Positions 27,561 to 40,269 of a stretch of 64,000 nucleotides of DNA are shown here, in pieces. Source of the DNA: Sphagnum compactum (Eukaryota); NCBI GenBank assembly GCA_965153455.1, contig OZ234493.1:29936213-30000212 (forward strand), given 5' to 3'. The translations under genes and the position numbers were made by a program. The notes under the pieces are model-generated. The model had not been told where the DNA came from. It did not search any database and saw only the letters and a list, made by a program, of their open reading frames with translations. Each line of letters starts with the position of its first letter. Position 1 is the stretch's first letter.

Positions 27561-28249
27561 TCTCAAAACCTGTCTGAAGGCTTGGATCACTCAATCAGTG
27601 AGTTCCTCATCATCATTGGGCATCAATCCTTTAATGTATGCAACTGGTGAGGAACTTGCATGATATAGGCTTTTGACTCCCTGGTTAGTATCTGGATGGC
27701 CAGGCAAAGTGTCAGTGGATTCTTCCAATTAGAGAGATGACAGTGTTCAACTTGGTTGCTTTAGAGATACACAATGTAATATAGGTATGCTCTTCTGGGA
27801 TGCCTGGAAGGTTGTCACAAGACTGACTGACATCCATTGCACTGCCAAGCCTTTTTAAGAGCTGAAAATTAGTTAAAAGGAACCAGAACTAAATAAAAAA
27901 TTTAGAAAATGCTTTGTTTTCTTGGATGTGGTTGCATTATTTGTCTCTTGTGACACTAGCATGTTGCAACCCAAATGAAATGTGCAGCTTCTTCATTGTC
28001 CCCAGATGTGTGAATCCACACCTCATGCAGGAAATGCATGTTTAAAAAGAGCTGGCAAAAGGGTTATTCCTCCTTTCTACAGATGAGTAACTGTTACCAA
28101 ATGGACTTCAATATTTCCAGGCAATTGGCCTCTGAAAGTAATCTGATCTACTGTACATCATAATATTTTTTGCTGAATCTTTTGTCCATTCTCAGAAACT
28201 GTGTCTTCATCTCTTGAACTCCCATTGTCCTTCATTTATCTTCTTCAGT

Positions 28250-30194
28250 TCAAATCATAGGTGTAGTTAGCTCTCCAGCAGCCTCAATCTGTGCTTTGAG
28301 ACCTGTGTCAACAGAAAGCCCTGCTTCCTTCATATCACCACAAATTTCTAAAGCTCTTGAATAGTGACCATATCGCATATAAGCTGCTACTAGTGCCGTG
28401 TAAGTGGCTAGGTCTGGTGTGTGGCCTAACGAACGCATATGTTGCAGAATTAGCTCTGATGCAGGGAACATTCCTGCATGTGTGTAAAGGTCTAGAAGCA
28501 TGCCAAACATGGAGGGAGTTGGCACACATTCGTTACGCTGCATCCGCTGATATAGCTGTGTTGCATGAGCAATACGATGTGTTTTATGGTACAGCTCCAG
28601 CAAACCTTCATATGCGCCTACATGCTGCTTGAAGCCTTTCCTCATCATTAGGTCAAACAATCTCTCACACTCAACATGCTGTCCTGCTTGCACGTACACC
28701 TTGAGCATTGTGATGTAAGTTGAAGGCTCAACTGGGACTGACGATCTCTGCATCTCTTTGAACATTGATATAGCATCCTCCAGTTGCTGTGCACCAAAGA
28801 AAGCTGTAATCAGTGTGTCGTAACAGAAGGTGTTGAATGCTGCTCCAGACCGCTGCATCAACTGCTTCACTGCCAGAGCTTCATCCCACCGTCTAGCCTT
28901 GGCGTACATGTGGAGCAACGTCCAGAAAAGCACATGGTCAGGTTCACAGCCACTTCGTCTTAGGTCATGGAAAGCTAGTGTGGCCTGATCTATCATGCCT
29001 GCCTTTGCAAAGCCATGGATGAGGCTGTTGTATGCCTTTGCATCAGGCATTATGCCTGCCTCCTGCATCTCCTTGAAGGTGGCGGCTGCTGCCTCCATCT
29101 CTCCTTTCTTCCCATAGATATCAAGAAAAATGCTGTACACTACATGATTAGGCTGAACCCCAGCTTGCCGCATCTCCTTGAACACATACTTTGCTTTAGC
29201 TACATCACCATCACGACGACATACGTTCAACAAGTGACCAAACGTGGAAACATCCGGATTCACATCATGGTCTTGCATGTCTTGGAAGGTGGAAAAAGCC
29301 AGTGAATGCATGCCAGCTTTTGTGTATGCATGAATCATGGTGTTGTAAGTGATCAAGTCCGGTTGCGAGCCACTGTCCTTCATTTTTTGAAACCACTTTA
29401 TGCTGAGGTCCACTTTACCAACGTCACTAGCTGTCTTGATGATCATTGCAAAAAGTTTCTGATCCAGCACCAAGTTCTGGGCAAAAACCTCATCCACCAC
29501 AATCTCGAGCTTTTGCCACTTCCCTGAGGCTAAAGTATTGCGAACAACAGCAAGCAAGAAGAAGATATTAGGATTGTACTGTGGTTGTTGCTTCATCCAC
29601 ATAAACAAGGAAAACACCAGTCGCTTGTCAGGCATCAGCTTGATAATCACTGTCGCATCTCGCATAGAAATTCTCCCTGCAAATGGAGCCAGCTTGGTCT
29701 GCAAATCATCGGCCTTCTTCAGCTGCTGGAGAGTCTGGATAACCTGCAAGTCCCACATATGCTGCTTTTAAGGCAAAAAACACTGCAACCCTAATTATCT
29801 TTTCTTTTGGTTTCCTCACAAATAGATATCCTTAGTGAAGCAATCTCAGCAAGCAGCTCAAAATTCTTACCTGCTTTGCGATGCTGCGATGATCCCCACC
29901 CCCTTGATCCACACCCACTTGAGATTGCTTGATTGCATCTTCTTCTTCGTGAATGCATTCCTCCAGTTCTTCGTTGGTTCCAGTGGTGGTAAACCCTCGG
30001 GCAGGTATGACAACAGAAATGGATCTCTTACTCACACCCAAACTCCATCTCAGATCGTTGCCTGTCCGGCAAGAAGAACTTGTGGTCTGATGCAGAATGC
30101 GAGTGGATCCATAACCAGACGGCAAAGGCAACAAAGGCACATGTTTTGTGAGCAGCGCTGCTGTTAACAACCGCAGAGCATGAACTCGCGCCAT
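28250..30194 (-). CDS. P-class pentatricopeptide repeat protein, probably organelle-targeted, ~605 aa
   Basis: Exon 1 30194-29871 (ATG GCG CGA; Arg/Ser/Thr-rich presequence) and exon 2 29743-28250. About 10-11 tandem 35-aa repeats (PDLITYNTMIHAYTKAG, PDVSTFGHLLNVCRRDG, PNHVVYSIFLDIYGKKG, PDAKAYNSLIHGFAKAG...). No E/DYW extension. Confidence 0.92.
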
Positions 30195-30779
30195 GCCATT
30201 CACCAATCCTTTTGAAGCTGCTGCTGGTGCTGCACACCCCACCCTCTCTAGCTCCACACCGCCTCAAAACCTCACACCCATAGAGAGAAAGAGAGAGAGA
30301 GATAGGGTTTCACAAAAAGCCCGTGAGAAAAAACCCTAAAACAAAACACCCATCATCCTCCAGCAGCTTTCAGTGCTTCTTTTGTTGTTGCTTCTAGCTA
30401 GCGAAAGGATCTGCTTTCCATTGCGAGCAAAGAATCCATATTTTCAGTGACAGAGCAAAGCAAGAACAAGAAGAGGGTGTCCAAATCTCAACCAGATAGT
30501 TGCTACGGACTCATCATCAGAGGCATGCGTGACGCTTGGTTTACAAGTGTTGTTGGTAGATAGATGAGGGTTCTATCGTCGTTGGTTCAACAGAGTGCCG
30601 AAAAAGATGACCCAAAAGGCCAGGGTTTAGGGTTTTAGGGTTTTGTGCAATTTGTGGGTGGCAGTTGGAACCCTTTTGAAGACTCGAACCAGAAGTATTG
30701 GGTTTAGGGTTAAGGTTAGGGTTGGGCTTAGAGTTAAGGTTAGGGTTTAGTAGATTATAAAAGACAAGAGCCAAGAATG

Positions 30780-31038
30780 CAACATTTAGGGTTTTTGGCT
30801 CATCCCCAAAAACAACTTGCAGAAACAAGCAAATCTCTTGGCTTTTTCTAACTTACAAGGATGAGACTTGGAGGATTAGAGATTCAATTTTTAAGTTGAA
30901 ACCAATTTGTGAGAGCTAGCTAGAATTGTGTTGAAGATTTGAATTATAAGCATAGAGCTAAAACCACAAGGTTTTATGTTTGGTTAATCCCAAAAACTAT
31001 TTGCACAAACATGGAGTTTGTTGGTTTCATCTAACTTA
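30780..31038 (-). repeat. Left remnant of a ~190-220-bp tandem satellite into which the Harbinger element inserted
   Basis: Reverse complement matches the unit at 33540-34626 (cacaaattg.tttcaa.taaaatt...ctaatcctccaagtctcatcc). Confidence 0.75.
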
Positions 31039-31779
31039 TACTCCATTCACACATAATGGTAATGGCATTTGATAAGTTGGTGTTATCTTACCATTTTTTT
31101 TTTTGCATTCACTTATAATATGTTAGTTATCACAAAATTCAAGTTGGCTCCTATGTTGGCAATGAATATTAATTATGTGTTAAATAAAATTTAAATTAAC
31201 ATATAGCTTTCAAATCATAGATTTCAATCAAAAAACTTTGAATGAAAAACTTATGTTACATAAAAACACCAAAATGAAGCATGTAACTCAATGTTGAAGG
31301 ACCTCCTTTCTTTTTACTTGTGCCTTTGATGACAACAAAAAAAAGCTTTTACATGCACAAGAAAGTTTTTTGCACAATAGAAAGTTTTCTAAACAAGCAC
31401 ATTGCTAGAAAGTTGATCAAGCATTTTTGTTTATCAATAGTTTATAATGATACAACAATGAATTTGTACTAGATTCACAAATGCACAAATGAACCTATTC
31501 GACGTCATTATTTTAGAGTTCAATAATGCAAATGACTCACGACAAAATAAAGTTCATGAAACTTTTTACACCTATCATAATTTCAATTTTCACTTGTATG
31601 TTTTAAACAACATCAATTTGGCTTTTTGTTTTTCACATAGCTTCAATTCTCACCTTGTTCTTGGAAAACCTCACAACAAAAAATTCAATTAAAAATAATA
31701 TATGTATATATATATATATGAAACCAATTCATTTTTTTCAAGATTTTGGCACAATTTTTTAAATGTTCAATCCAACAAG

Positions 31780-32270
31780 TATATCGACAAAAGGAAAGAG
31801 GAATCAAGATTGTCAAGCCACTTATGATTCAAGTGTGAAGATCATGTCAAAGAAGTATCACCAATTAAATTGGCAACATGGAAAGATCATTAAATTCATT
31901 CAAGCAAAAGAGGTCAAGTACCTTACTCGATTAAATAAATCCTCACAACCAATTTCAAACAACAATAAAAAAATGAAAAAGGTTACAACCTTTGTAATGA
32001 AGGTAAGATGCTCACCATACATGAGGAATGGATTAACTTATAAAAACAAATGGGGAGCAATCAATTGGGATTTCAAACAAATTTTCAACTATATGACTGG
32101 CACAAAGCATAATGACTAATATTGGGCCATGGGTGCTTAACATAAAACAACATTGTGTCTACCACATTAATTCAGGCAAAGGATGCATGAAATGATGAAA
32201 AAGCTTATCACAAGCAAACCAATATACCAACTTCCTCATGTCAAAGATTTCATGAATGATTTGGACAATA
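31780..32270 (+). pseudogene. Harbinger ORF1 (Myb/SANT trihelix-like DNA-binding protein) remnant
   Basis: NWQHGKIIKFIQAKE...MRNGLTYKNKWGAINWDFKQIFNYMTGTKHND*YW resembles the GT-1/Myb-like pattern W..E...LI...R....CK.KW..L..DFK.I.DY; stops and frameshifts are present. Confidence 0.7.
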
Positions 32271-33229
32271 ACGACAAACCAACGAATCTAATGACAAAAA
32301 ATGTAATTAACTTCAATGATAACAAAACTAAAAAAATGTCATAAAAAAATCACGAAGCCATTGCAATATAAGCAAATTTTATTAATGCATCACCCCCCAT
32401 TCAACAATGCCCACATCCAAAGCCCACCTAACATACCCAAATGTACAACCCACCCCATAACACAATTGCAACAATCCTAGCATCAATCAACAGGTTAAGG
32501 CAATCAATTGGGAACATAAGCATAAAAAAAACCTACTCGTCACCTCACAAATTGATGGCAAAAGTAAGAAAAAAGGAAGTCAAATAGTGGTTGAATTAGT
32601 TGATGAAATGCATGAAACAACCATGGTAGTAGAAGAGAATGATAAAGACCCATGAACACCTTTTAGATAAGCAATTGGAGTACATTAGATCAAAAGATAT
32701 TGCAATCAACACAACCCAAGCAAATATGATCAATGTCATTACTAGTCTAACATAGGTTTTCAAAAAAACATTCTTACATAAAGGCAATGTCAATAATGAA
32801 AACCACCTACAACACAAGGAAGCACTCAACATGTATGGATGCTAAAAGGTGAAGGTATTCACAAGAATGTAATTGGCAAGTGGATTGTAAATATAACTTA
32901 TAATCACATTGTTGAACTTCTAAAGTGAACATTTGAACTAAACATGAGTTAAAGTTTTGAGTTGAACATGTGAGCTAAACATTTGAATGAAATTCAAGAA
33001 AAAAATCATTCTTGCAATCACTTGAAGTCATGAGATGTGTTGCCTTCCAAGATACAAAGTCAATTTTAATTATAATGTTTCTCCTAATATTTTCTACCCT
33101 TCAATGTTGTAATTTGTTCATTCAACAACATCAATTGTTTGCATTTGGTGCAGTAGTTGAATATCTTCTTACACTTCAAAATTAATAATGCATGTGAACC
33201 TCTATACATAAAATATACCCTTCAACCTC

Positions 33230-33490
33230 AATAGGTTATGCAAAATGCAAACACACATGAACAAATATAATTCAAATTTTCCAAGGAACTCTTCAAATGT
33301 CTTCTTTAAATTCTAAAAACATTATCAATGACACAATGCCCATGCTTTTGCTTTCAATTATAAAGCAACTCAAAAATTATGTGTTGACCTTCTTCTTAAA
33401 TGGGGCCATGATTCAAGAAATAAGATGATACCCGTTATTTTCAATTAAGCATGGAGGAAAAGGTGCATTCCATGTTGCCCTATCAACATT
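33230..33490 (-). pseudogene. Harbinger transposase C-terminal half (decayed)
   Basis: Minus strand reads NVDRA..FPPCLIENNGYHLIS*IMAPFK..GQH.IFELLYN*KQKHGHCVIDNVFRI*..TFEEFL...CILHNLL, matching the family pattern GDxGYPL...YN..H...R..VENAFG...LHN. Confidence 0.75.
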
Positions 33491-33539
33491 TTGAACCTTT
33501 CATGTTTTCTTTTTCTAGTTGTTAACCATGTTAGATGTC

Positions 33540-34626
33540 AAAATTTCATCTCTCTAAACAAACCCAACAAATTGCATGTTTGTGGAAATTGCACTAACAA
33601 ATTACATGCTAATGAAAACAAATTTTGAAATTGAACCAAACCCTAAACCTTGGGTCTTTTCACTCACATCTATTTATAAGGTTTTGGTTTCCTTTCATAA
33701 ATTGGTTTCAAGCTCAAATTGGATCCCAAATCCTTCAAATGTCATCCTGTTAAATAGAACTAACAAATTACATTTTTGTGAAATTGCATTAACAAACAAA
33801 TTATTGTATGTTTTTGTGCAAATTACTTATCATGGGCCAAACCCTAAACTTTCAATTGCTTATTTGTGGAAATCACATAACAAATAAATTGGATATTTGT
33901 GTATTTTTTGGATGATCCAAATCCTAAATTTTTAACCCACAATGTTAATAAGATTGCAATTATGACCCACAAATTGATTTCAAGATAAAAATGTAGCATT
34001 AATCTTTTAAGTTTCATCCCTTTAAATAGAATCAATAAATTGCATGTTTGTGGAATGTTTTTGGGATGAAACAAACCCCAAACTCTAAACTTTTCATTCA
34101 AGTCTTCAATAGGTTCCAACTATCAACCACAAATTATTTTCAATTTAAAATTGAACACCTAATCCTCCAAATCTCATTCCTCTAAGTTATACAAAGTCAA
34201 TAGATTGCATGTTTGTGCAAATTATTTTTGGGATGAACCAAACTTTAAATCGTTGTGATCTTGGCCCACGTCTTCCATAATCTACCAAACCTTAATTATG
34301 TATTTTTCATGTGAGTTTTCAATTGGGTTCCAACTCTTAGCCACAAATTATTTTCAAGCTAAAATTGGATACTTAATCCTCCAAGTTTCATCCTTTTAAA
34401 TTAAATAAAGCCAATGATTGCATGTTTATGCAAATTGCTTTTGGGGTGAACTGAACCTTGAACCTTAAACCTTGCACTTTTGATTCACATCTTCCATAAT
34501 CTACCAAACCTTAAACTTTAAATTCTATACTTCTCATTTGAGCCTTCAATGGGGTTCCAACTATCGCCCACAAATTGATTTCAATCTAAAATTAAATCCC
34601 TAATCCTCCAAGTCTAATCCTTCTAA
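33540..34626 (+). repeat. Degenerate tandem satellite, ~190-220-bp unit x ~5
   Basis: ttgcatgtttgtg at ~33572, 34039 and 34206, with variants at ~33768 and 34418; recurring cacaaatt..tttcaag.taaaatt...taatcctccaag. Confidence 0.8.
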
Positions 34627-36099
34627 AATTCCATTCACACATGGAGTTCAACACATTAGTGTTAAACACCTTAACATTAGGGTTAGGTTAAACCCATCAT
34701 CGCAACATAATTTAATTACCTAATGTGTCAACATTCAAACCTAACTTTAAAATGTTAGCTTTCGCCAACATACCATCATTGTGTTTGATGGCACCTACCA
34801 CATGTTCACATAAGTACATAACATTTTATTTGTTGACGAAGAAGATCTTATGGATAGACATACTTTCTCTTTCCTTGTTCACCAACATCTTTGTTCATAT
34901 TTTTCCATTCGTATCCTTCTTTCTCAATCCCACTCCTTAGCTCCTCTCAATTTTTTATTCCTTTTTATTTTCTTTCAATGTGTTTTTGGTTTTTGGAAAC
35001 ACATTCTTTAGTTTACGTTTGTTCTTAACTGCACATCTCATGTGTTTTATATTTCATTAAATTTCATTGAAGGTCTATGTTCCTCAACCATCCACCACAT
35101 GAATTTCTTTTTTTTTCTACTTGTTTTTTTATGTTACAAGTTTGTTTATCTTTGTGTTTGTTGTTGTAAGATGCTTGTTGCAAGCTTTTGCTTTTGCTTG
35201 GTTTTTTCAGTTGATTTCATGCATCATCATTGACTTGTTGTCTACATGCATCACTTGTGTTTTTTTTTTGTTTTGAACTTCACCAAAGGTATGCACCTTG
35301 ACTTACATTATAATGGGGCTCTTATGCATTATTGCCTACAATTCATTTCTCTTATTTGTGGAAGCTTCAACTTTTCGCTTTGTTGTAGTCATTTTCAATT
35401 TTTTGTTGAAGTTTTTTTTTAAAATTTATTTTTTGTTGTGTCTTTTTGTTTACATTTATTTCTTGTAGGTACGTTTATTGTTTTGTATTATTATAAGTTT
35501 TTTTTTTTTAATGTTTAATTGTTTTCAATTGGTTTCACTCATTGTCATCGAGCTATTATTTCATAACATCACTTGTGTTTTTATACTTTGAAATTCACCG
35601 AAGGTGAACACCTCAACTTCAATTGCAATGATATTCTTCAACATTATTGCTTGCAATTTGTTTCTACTTATGTGGCATATGTAAATTTTTCCTTTTTTTT
35701 TCTTGGCTTGTGTTTCATTAATTGATTACATTACCTTTGTTATATTTTTGGGAGATTTTTTTGGTAGGTTTTTAATTTTTGTGGTTTGCACACTACATAA
35801 GCTTCAGAGGTTGCTTTTCTATCTTGGAAGTTTGCCATAAACCCCAACTTCTTGTTTTCACTAATTATTACCTTTGCGTGGATGTTATGGATGGCATGGA
35901 TAATCAACAATTTATCCTTATTGTTGGTTGTTTCATCATTCTACTAAAGTTTTTGATTTTTCTTGATTTTCCTTTATCGGACTTTGATAAACATTCTACA
36001 TATATTGCAAATGATTTTTCCTATACATGATTCATTTTAACTACCTATGTGCTACATAGTAATTAATTGTCAATAACTACATGTGTTATGATTAATGAA

Positions 36100-36725
36100 C
36101 TTCACTATTGGGTAAACCAAGATCAACCACATGGTATTCTAATTCCTCGTGATAGAATATGATGGTGAAAATTGGGTTGAAAATTTGAAGATGGACAAGG
36201 TTTTGTTGTTTGAAATTGTTGGGAGCCTAAAAGGTGAAAGTCTTAATTGTCCAATAAAACACAAAGTATTGTAAAGTGGTCCATGTTGAAATCCATGTAA
36301 TTTGTTCAATATACAATCTTGTTTGAGGTGTTAATTTCCTTTCTACATAAAATTGTTTATTATCGAAAAAAATATTATTTCTATTGTTCTTCATGAACTT
36401 ATTTATGTTGTTAATGTCATGTATAGAATTTTCATCAAGTGGCTAACAAGTTTAGAGACACAGGTGGTAATGGAAAAGTTTAAAAGATGGTGTGGATGAA
36501 AGAGCCATAGATGGGACTCATATTGCCATTACAAAACCAATTGGGGCTTTTGATATATATTGATATTACTTTAAATAAAAGGTTACAACATAGTAGCCCA
36601 AAATCTTTGTTAATTGTAATAAAAAGTTCACATATATGTATGTTCATTTATGTAGGTCTAATAATGATTCTTGTGTGTTGATGAGATTAACTTTGTATAA
36701 ATGCACACAATATAAAGGCTTGGTG
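36100..36725 (+). pseudogene. Harbinger transposase N-terminal half (decayed)
   Basis: Plus strand, allowing frameshifts, reads HYWV.PRSTTWYS..LVIEYDGENWVENLKMDK...VVMEKFKRWCG...AIDGTHIAITKP...KGYNIVAQ...NNDSCVLMR..LYKCTQYKGL. AIDGTH is the first catalytic Asp motif. Confidence 0.8.
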
Positions 36726-39700
36726 CATTCCCAAATTGAACAAGCATGCAATTTGTTAATGTAATTATTCATAAACATGTAATTTGTTGGCTTTGGTCAA
36801 AAGGATGATACCAATTTGTGGGTGAGAACTATAAATTAAACTATATTCTTTAGGCTATTTTTTTATTATTCAATTTTTTTCTTGGATTCAAATTATTTGA
36901 CCATTCTACAAGTTTCATCATTTGTCATAATTTTGTTATAACCAATGTTGGCCAATTTTTCTTATATTTTCATAACTGGTCTGGCAAGGTTATTTCTCAC
37001 ACAAAGTATCAAATAAACATATTTTGGAGTTATTTTATACCTAACTATTATTAAATTCCTTGTTTAAGCAATGGCCCCAATTACTAATTTCCCTAGGGTT
37101 TTTTATTGTTACCCAAATGTTATGCAAAAGGGTTGGTTTTCAAATATTCAACTTGAAACCCAAATTAATAACCAAATATTGCATGTCCCAGTAAGGTTTC
37201 ACCAAGTTTATACATGACATATATGTACAAAGTCTTTGTTTGGTTCTTAAGCAATTCCAAACCCTATAGGTGGAAATATGTATGACCTTCACAATCTACT
37301 TGAAAAATAGATAAAAAAACAAAAACTTCCATCATAAAAGTATTACACATTAAAAAAAAGTTATTTGAATGATAAAAACCAAGACAAATTTTCACTATTG
37401 TGTAACATTCTCAAATTTTTCATTGTAAAAGTAAATTTTCAATAGGTTTTAGATTTCCAGGTTTTTTTTATAATGTGGAATTTTGTAAATTGTGTGTTAA
37501 GCATGTTTAGCAAATAAAAAGTGATATCATCTTTGATGTGGATGTCCAAAGTATAATCATTTTTGTATCCTAACCTAATATAAGTGCATTTCATCAAGTG
37601 TTTTGCGTCAAAGGCTCCTTGACCATGAATTTACCATCCAATAAACATGAATAATTTTTGTTTAATTTCAAAATTTATTGGTTCTTAGTTTTTTGCAAGT
37701 AGATTTTAATAAATGTAACAAAGGGGAGAAAATGTATTCTATCATATTTCCATTCATTTTACTACTTTTTTTTTTCATATCCATAATATAGGATGAAATT
37801 TGATATCCGTATTTTTTGTTTATTTTACCACACTTGCAGCCAAATTGGGTTATGAATAACTTACCATTTGGACCTTGTTGATATTGGATCATTTTTTCAA
37901 TAATTGGCCCATAGTGGTTTCAACCTACCATAAATGGGCAAAATCATTATTATTTTACCCACTTCCTAATGCAATTTGACATCCTTACCTCATAACCCAA
38001 AAGATTGGAACTTTTCCTTTTTCTTTCCCAAGAATCATGGTTAGTTCATTTTTTTCCCTAAGCAAAAGTTTATGATTCAAATTAGTATGGCTTGGGTATT
38101 TAATTTTTGAAATAAATTTCAATTTTAGGGTTTTGAAAAAGGAAATTAAAAAATATTAAAATGTTGAGGTTTTAAACTTTTGAATAACCATCCAATTTCA
38201 AGCTTTTAAAAATCATGAGCTAATATGAAATGGGGGTAAAAAAATGGTTATTTGTGAAGGCATGTATACTTTGTAGTTATTCAAAAAAAGACATTTGATC
38301 CAATGTAAATCATATATAGGTCAAAGTTCTTAACAAACACCATGTTTGATATACATCCCAAGTAATTTGGCCAATTATAGCTCATGGTTCCTTATTGAAT
38401 ACCTTGTCAAAGATTTGGTTCATTGTATGTTATGAAATGTATTTCTTTCATACTTAAACAATTGAGTTGCAAAACATAGATTGCATCAATCCAAAATTTA
38501 GTCCTTGCAATCTTTTAGTTGGTGGACATGTTGCATTTTGAATAAAAAGAAAAAATCAAAGCATATAAAATATTTGATTTATTCAATTATGGAGTTTCTT
38601 GGGTCCCAATCATTTTGAATATTAAATATCCATGGATATAATTTTTTTGGATTTTCATGCATCTATATCGGACTTTATTAAAACAAATACAACAATTGAA
38701 CAATTGCCCTTTCCTAAATAAAAATGATGGCATTTTGTTAAATATGGTTCCAAAGCAATTAAAACTTCTTCGATTCCATCTCCCCATGGCTCACACAATG
38801 AATTATTCTCAACTATTTTCTTAGATGTTCACCTTTGATCACACACAGTAGAAAAATATAAATAATGTTGTTCAAATGCCCTTCATGCATCACATAACAA
38901 TACTCACAATAAAGCATAGCTCTCTTTCATATGCCTACTACCCATCATGACACGACGATCATCTTAGGAGCTCATATTTATCAAATGGCCACATCCAATC
39001 ACACAAATTAACAAAACTACTTAATTAATGTCTTTTAGATGCCCAATGTGCATCATACAATAACATTTAGAGCAATGTTCAACTCCTTCTCAAATGCCCA
39101 CCACTCATCAAATTACAACCATCTCAGGAATTCATCATTCTTAAATGCAACCTCTCATCACACATAGTAACAATTTTTTTGGACTAATGTCTCTTACACG
39201 TTTAATGCACAAATCACACAACAACATTGAAAAACATCTAGCTAGTCTAATTCTTTCTTAAACACCCACCACCAATCACACCATAACCATACAAAGTGGT
39301 TGTCTTTCAAGTAGATGCCCACCTCCATCACACACAATAAGTAAAAGTTCATGTCTTTCATATGCTCAGCACACATATCACAACAATGATCAAAGCAAAG
39401 TTCATGTATTGTAAATGTTTGACACAATTTACTTAAACAACTATCCATCTAGGATTCTCTATTATATGTTTAAAAAACTTAAATATTATTTAGTTCATCA
39501 TTCTCCAATTTCAAATATTCACCTCATCCTCATGTTTGATTACAAGGGAACATGACAAGTAGTGATAAATAATGCAAGGTTTTCAATACCATTGGAAACG
39601 ACATGTCTAAGATTTATGAAATGTTCAACTATTTTTTTGTTTGGCTATATATAGCCAAAAATCTATATAAAAAATTAAAAGTGTGTTCAAATAAAAAAAT

Positions 39701-40269
39701 AAAATAAAATTTCAATAATCAAAATGAGACCAAAATTTAAAAAGGTTGCAAAATTTTTATACATGGTTGAAATAAGTAGCCAAAAACATAAAATGACTTC
39801 ATATTTAACTTGTAGCCAAATTTGGTTAAATCTTCATGTGGATCATTTGGCTACATCATAAAATCGACAAAAAAACACTAAACATGTTTGTTGTATTGGT
39901 CTAATCCTTAAAACGCCACACCATTCAAACCCATTTTAAGTACCTTATTCAAGATCACCATAAACAACAATCATTGACATCAACACCAACACCACTAACC
40001 TATCTTCACCTAAACATCACATTCATGTAATTTGAAAGTTGTAAACACTTGAAGATTCAAAATAACATAGTTAGCTTAGTCAAGATCACCATTTACCTTT
40101 TTTAAAATTATGGACTGAATAAAATAAATCATTAGCATCTAAAAACTCTTTGCCCTCCACATGAACATCCTCAAATTCTATATCTAGTTCTTATGTCAAA
40201 TTTGATTTTGCTTCATGTACACAAATGCAAAGTCACACTCACAAAATGTTAAACACCCTAAGTGTGGAT

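Larger units (their letters stand above)
31039..36725. mobile_element. Decayed PIF/Harbinger DNA transposon, internally inverted
   Basis: Termini tactccattcacacat (31039) and aattccattcacacat (34627), preceded by TTA (31036-31038) and TAA (34624-34626). Contains a Myb/SANT-like ORF1 remnant and both halves of a Harbinger-type DDE transposase. Confidence 0.8.

Noticed and set aside
31763-32119. Functional trihelix transcription factor
   Set aside because: Homology continues past stops and frameshifts and it lies inside a Harbinger element, so it is a decayed ORF1.
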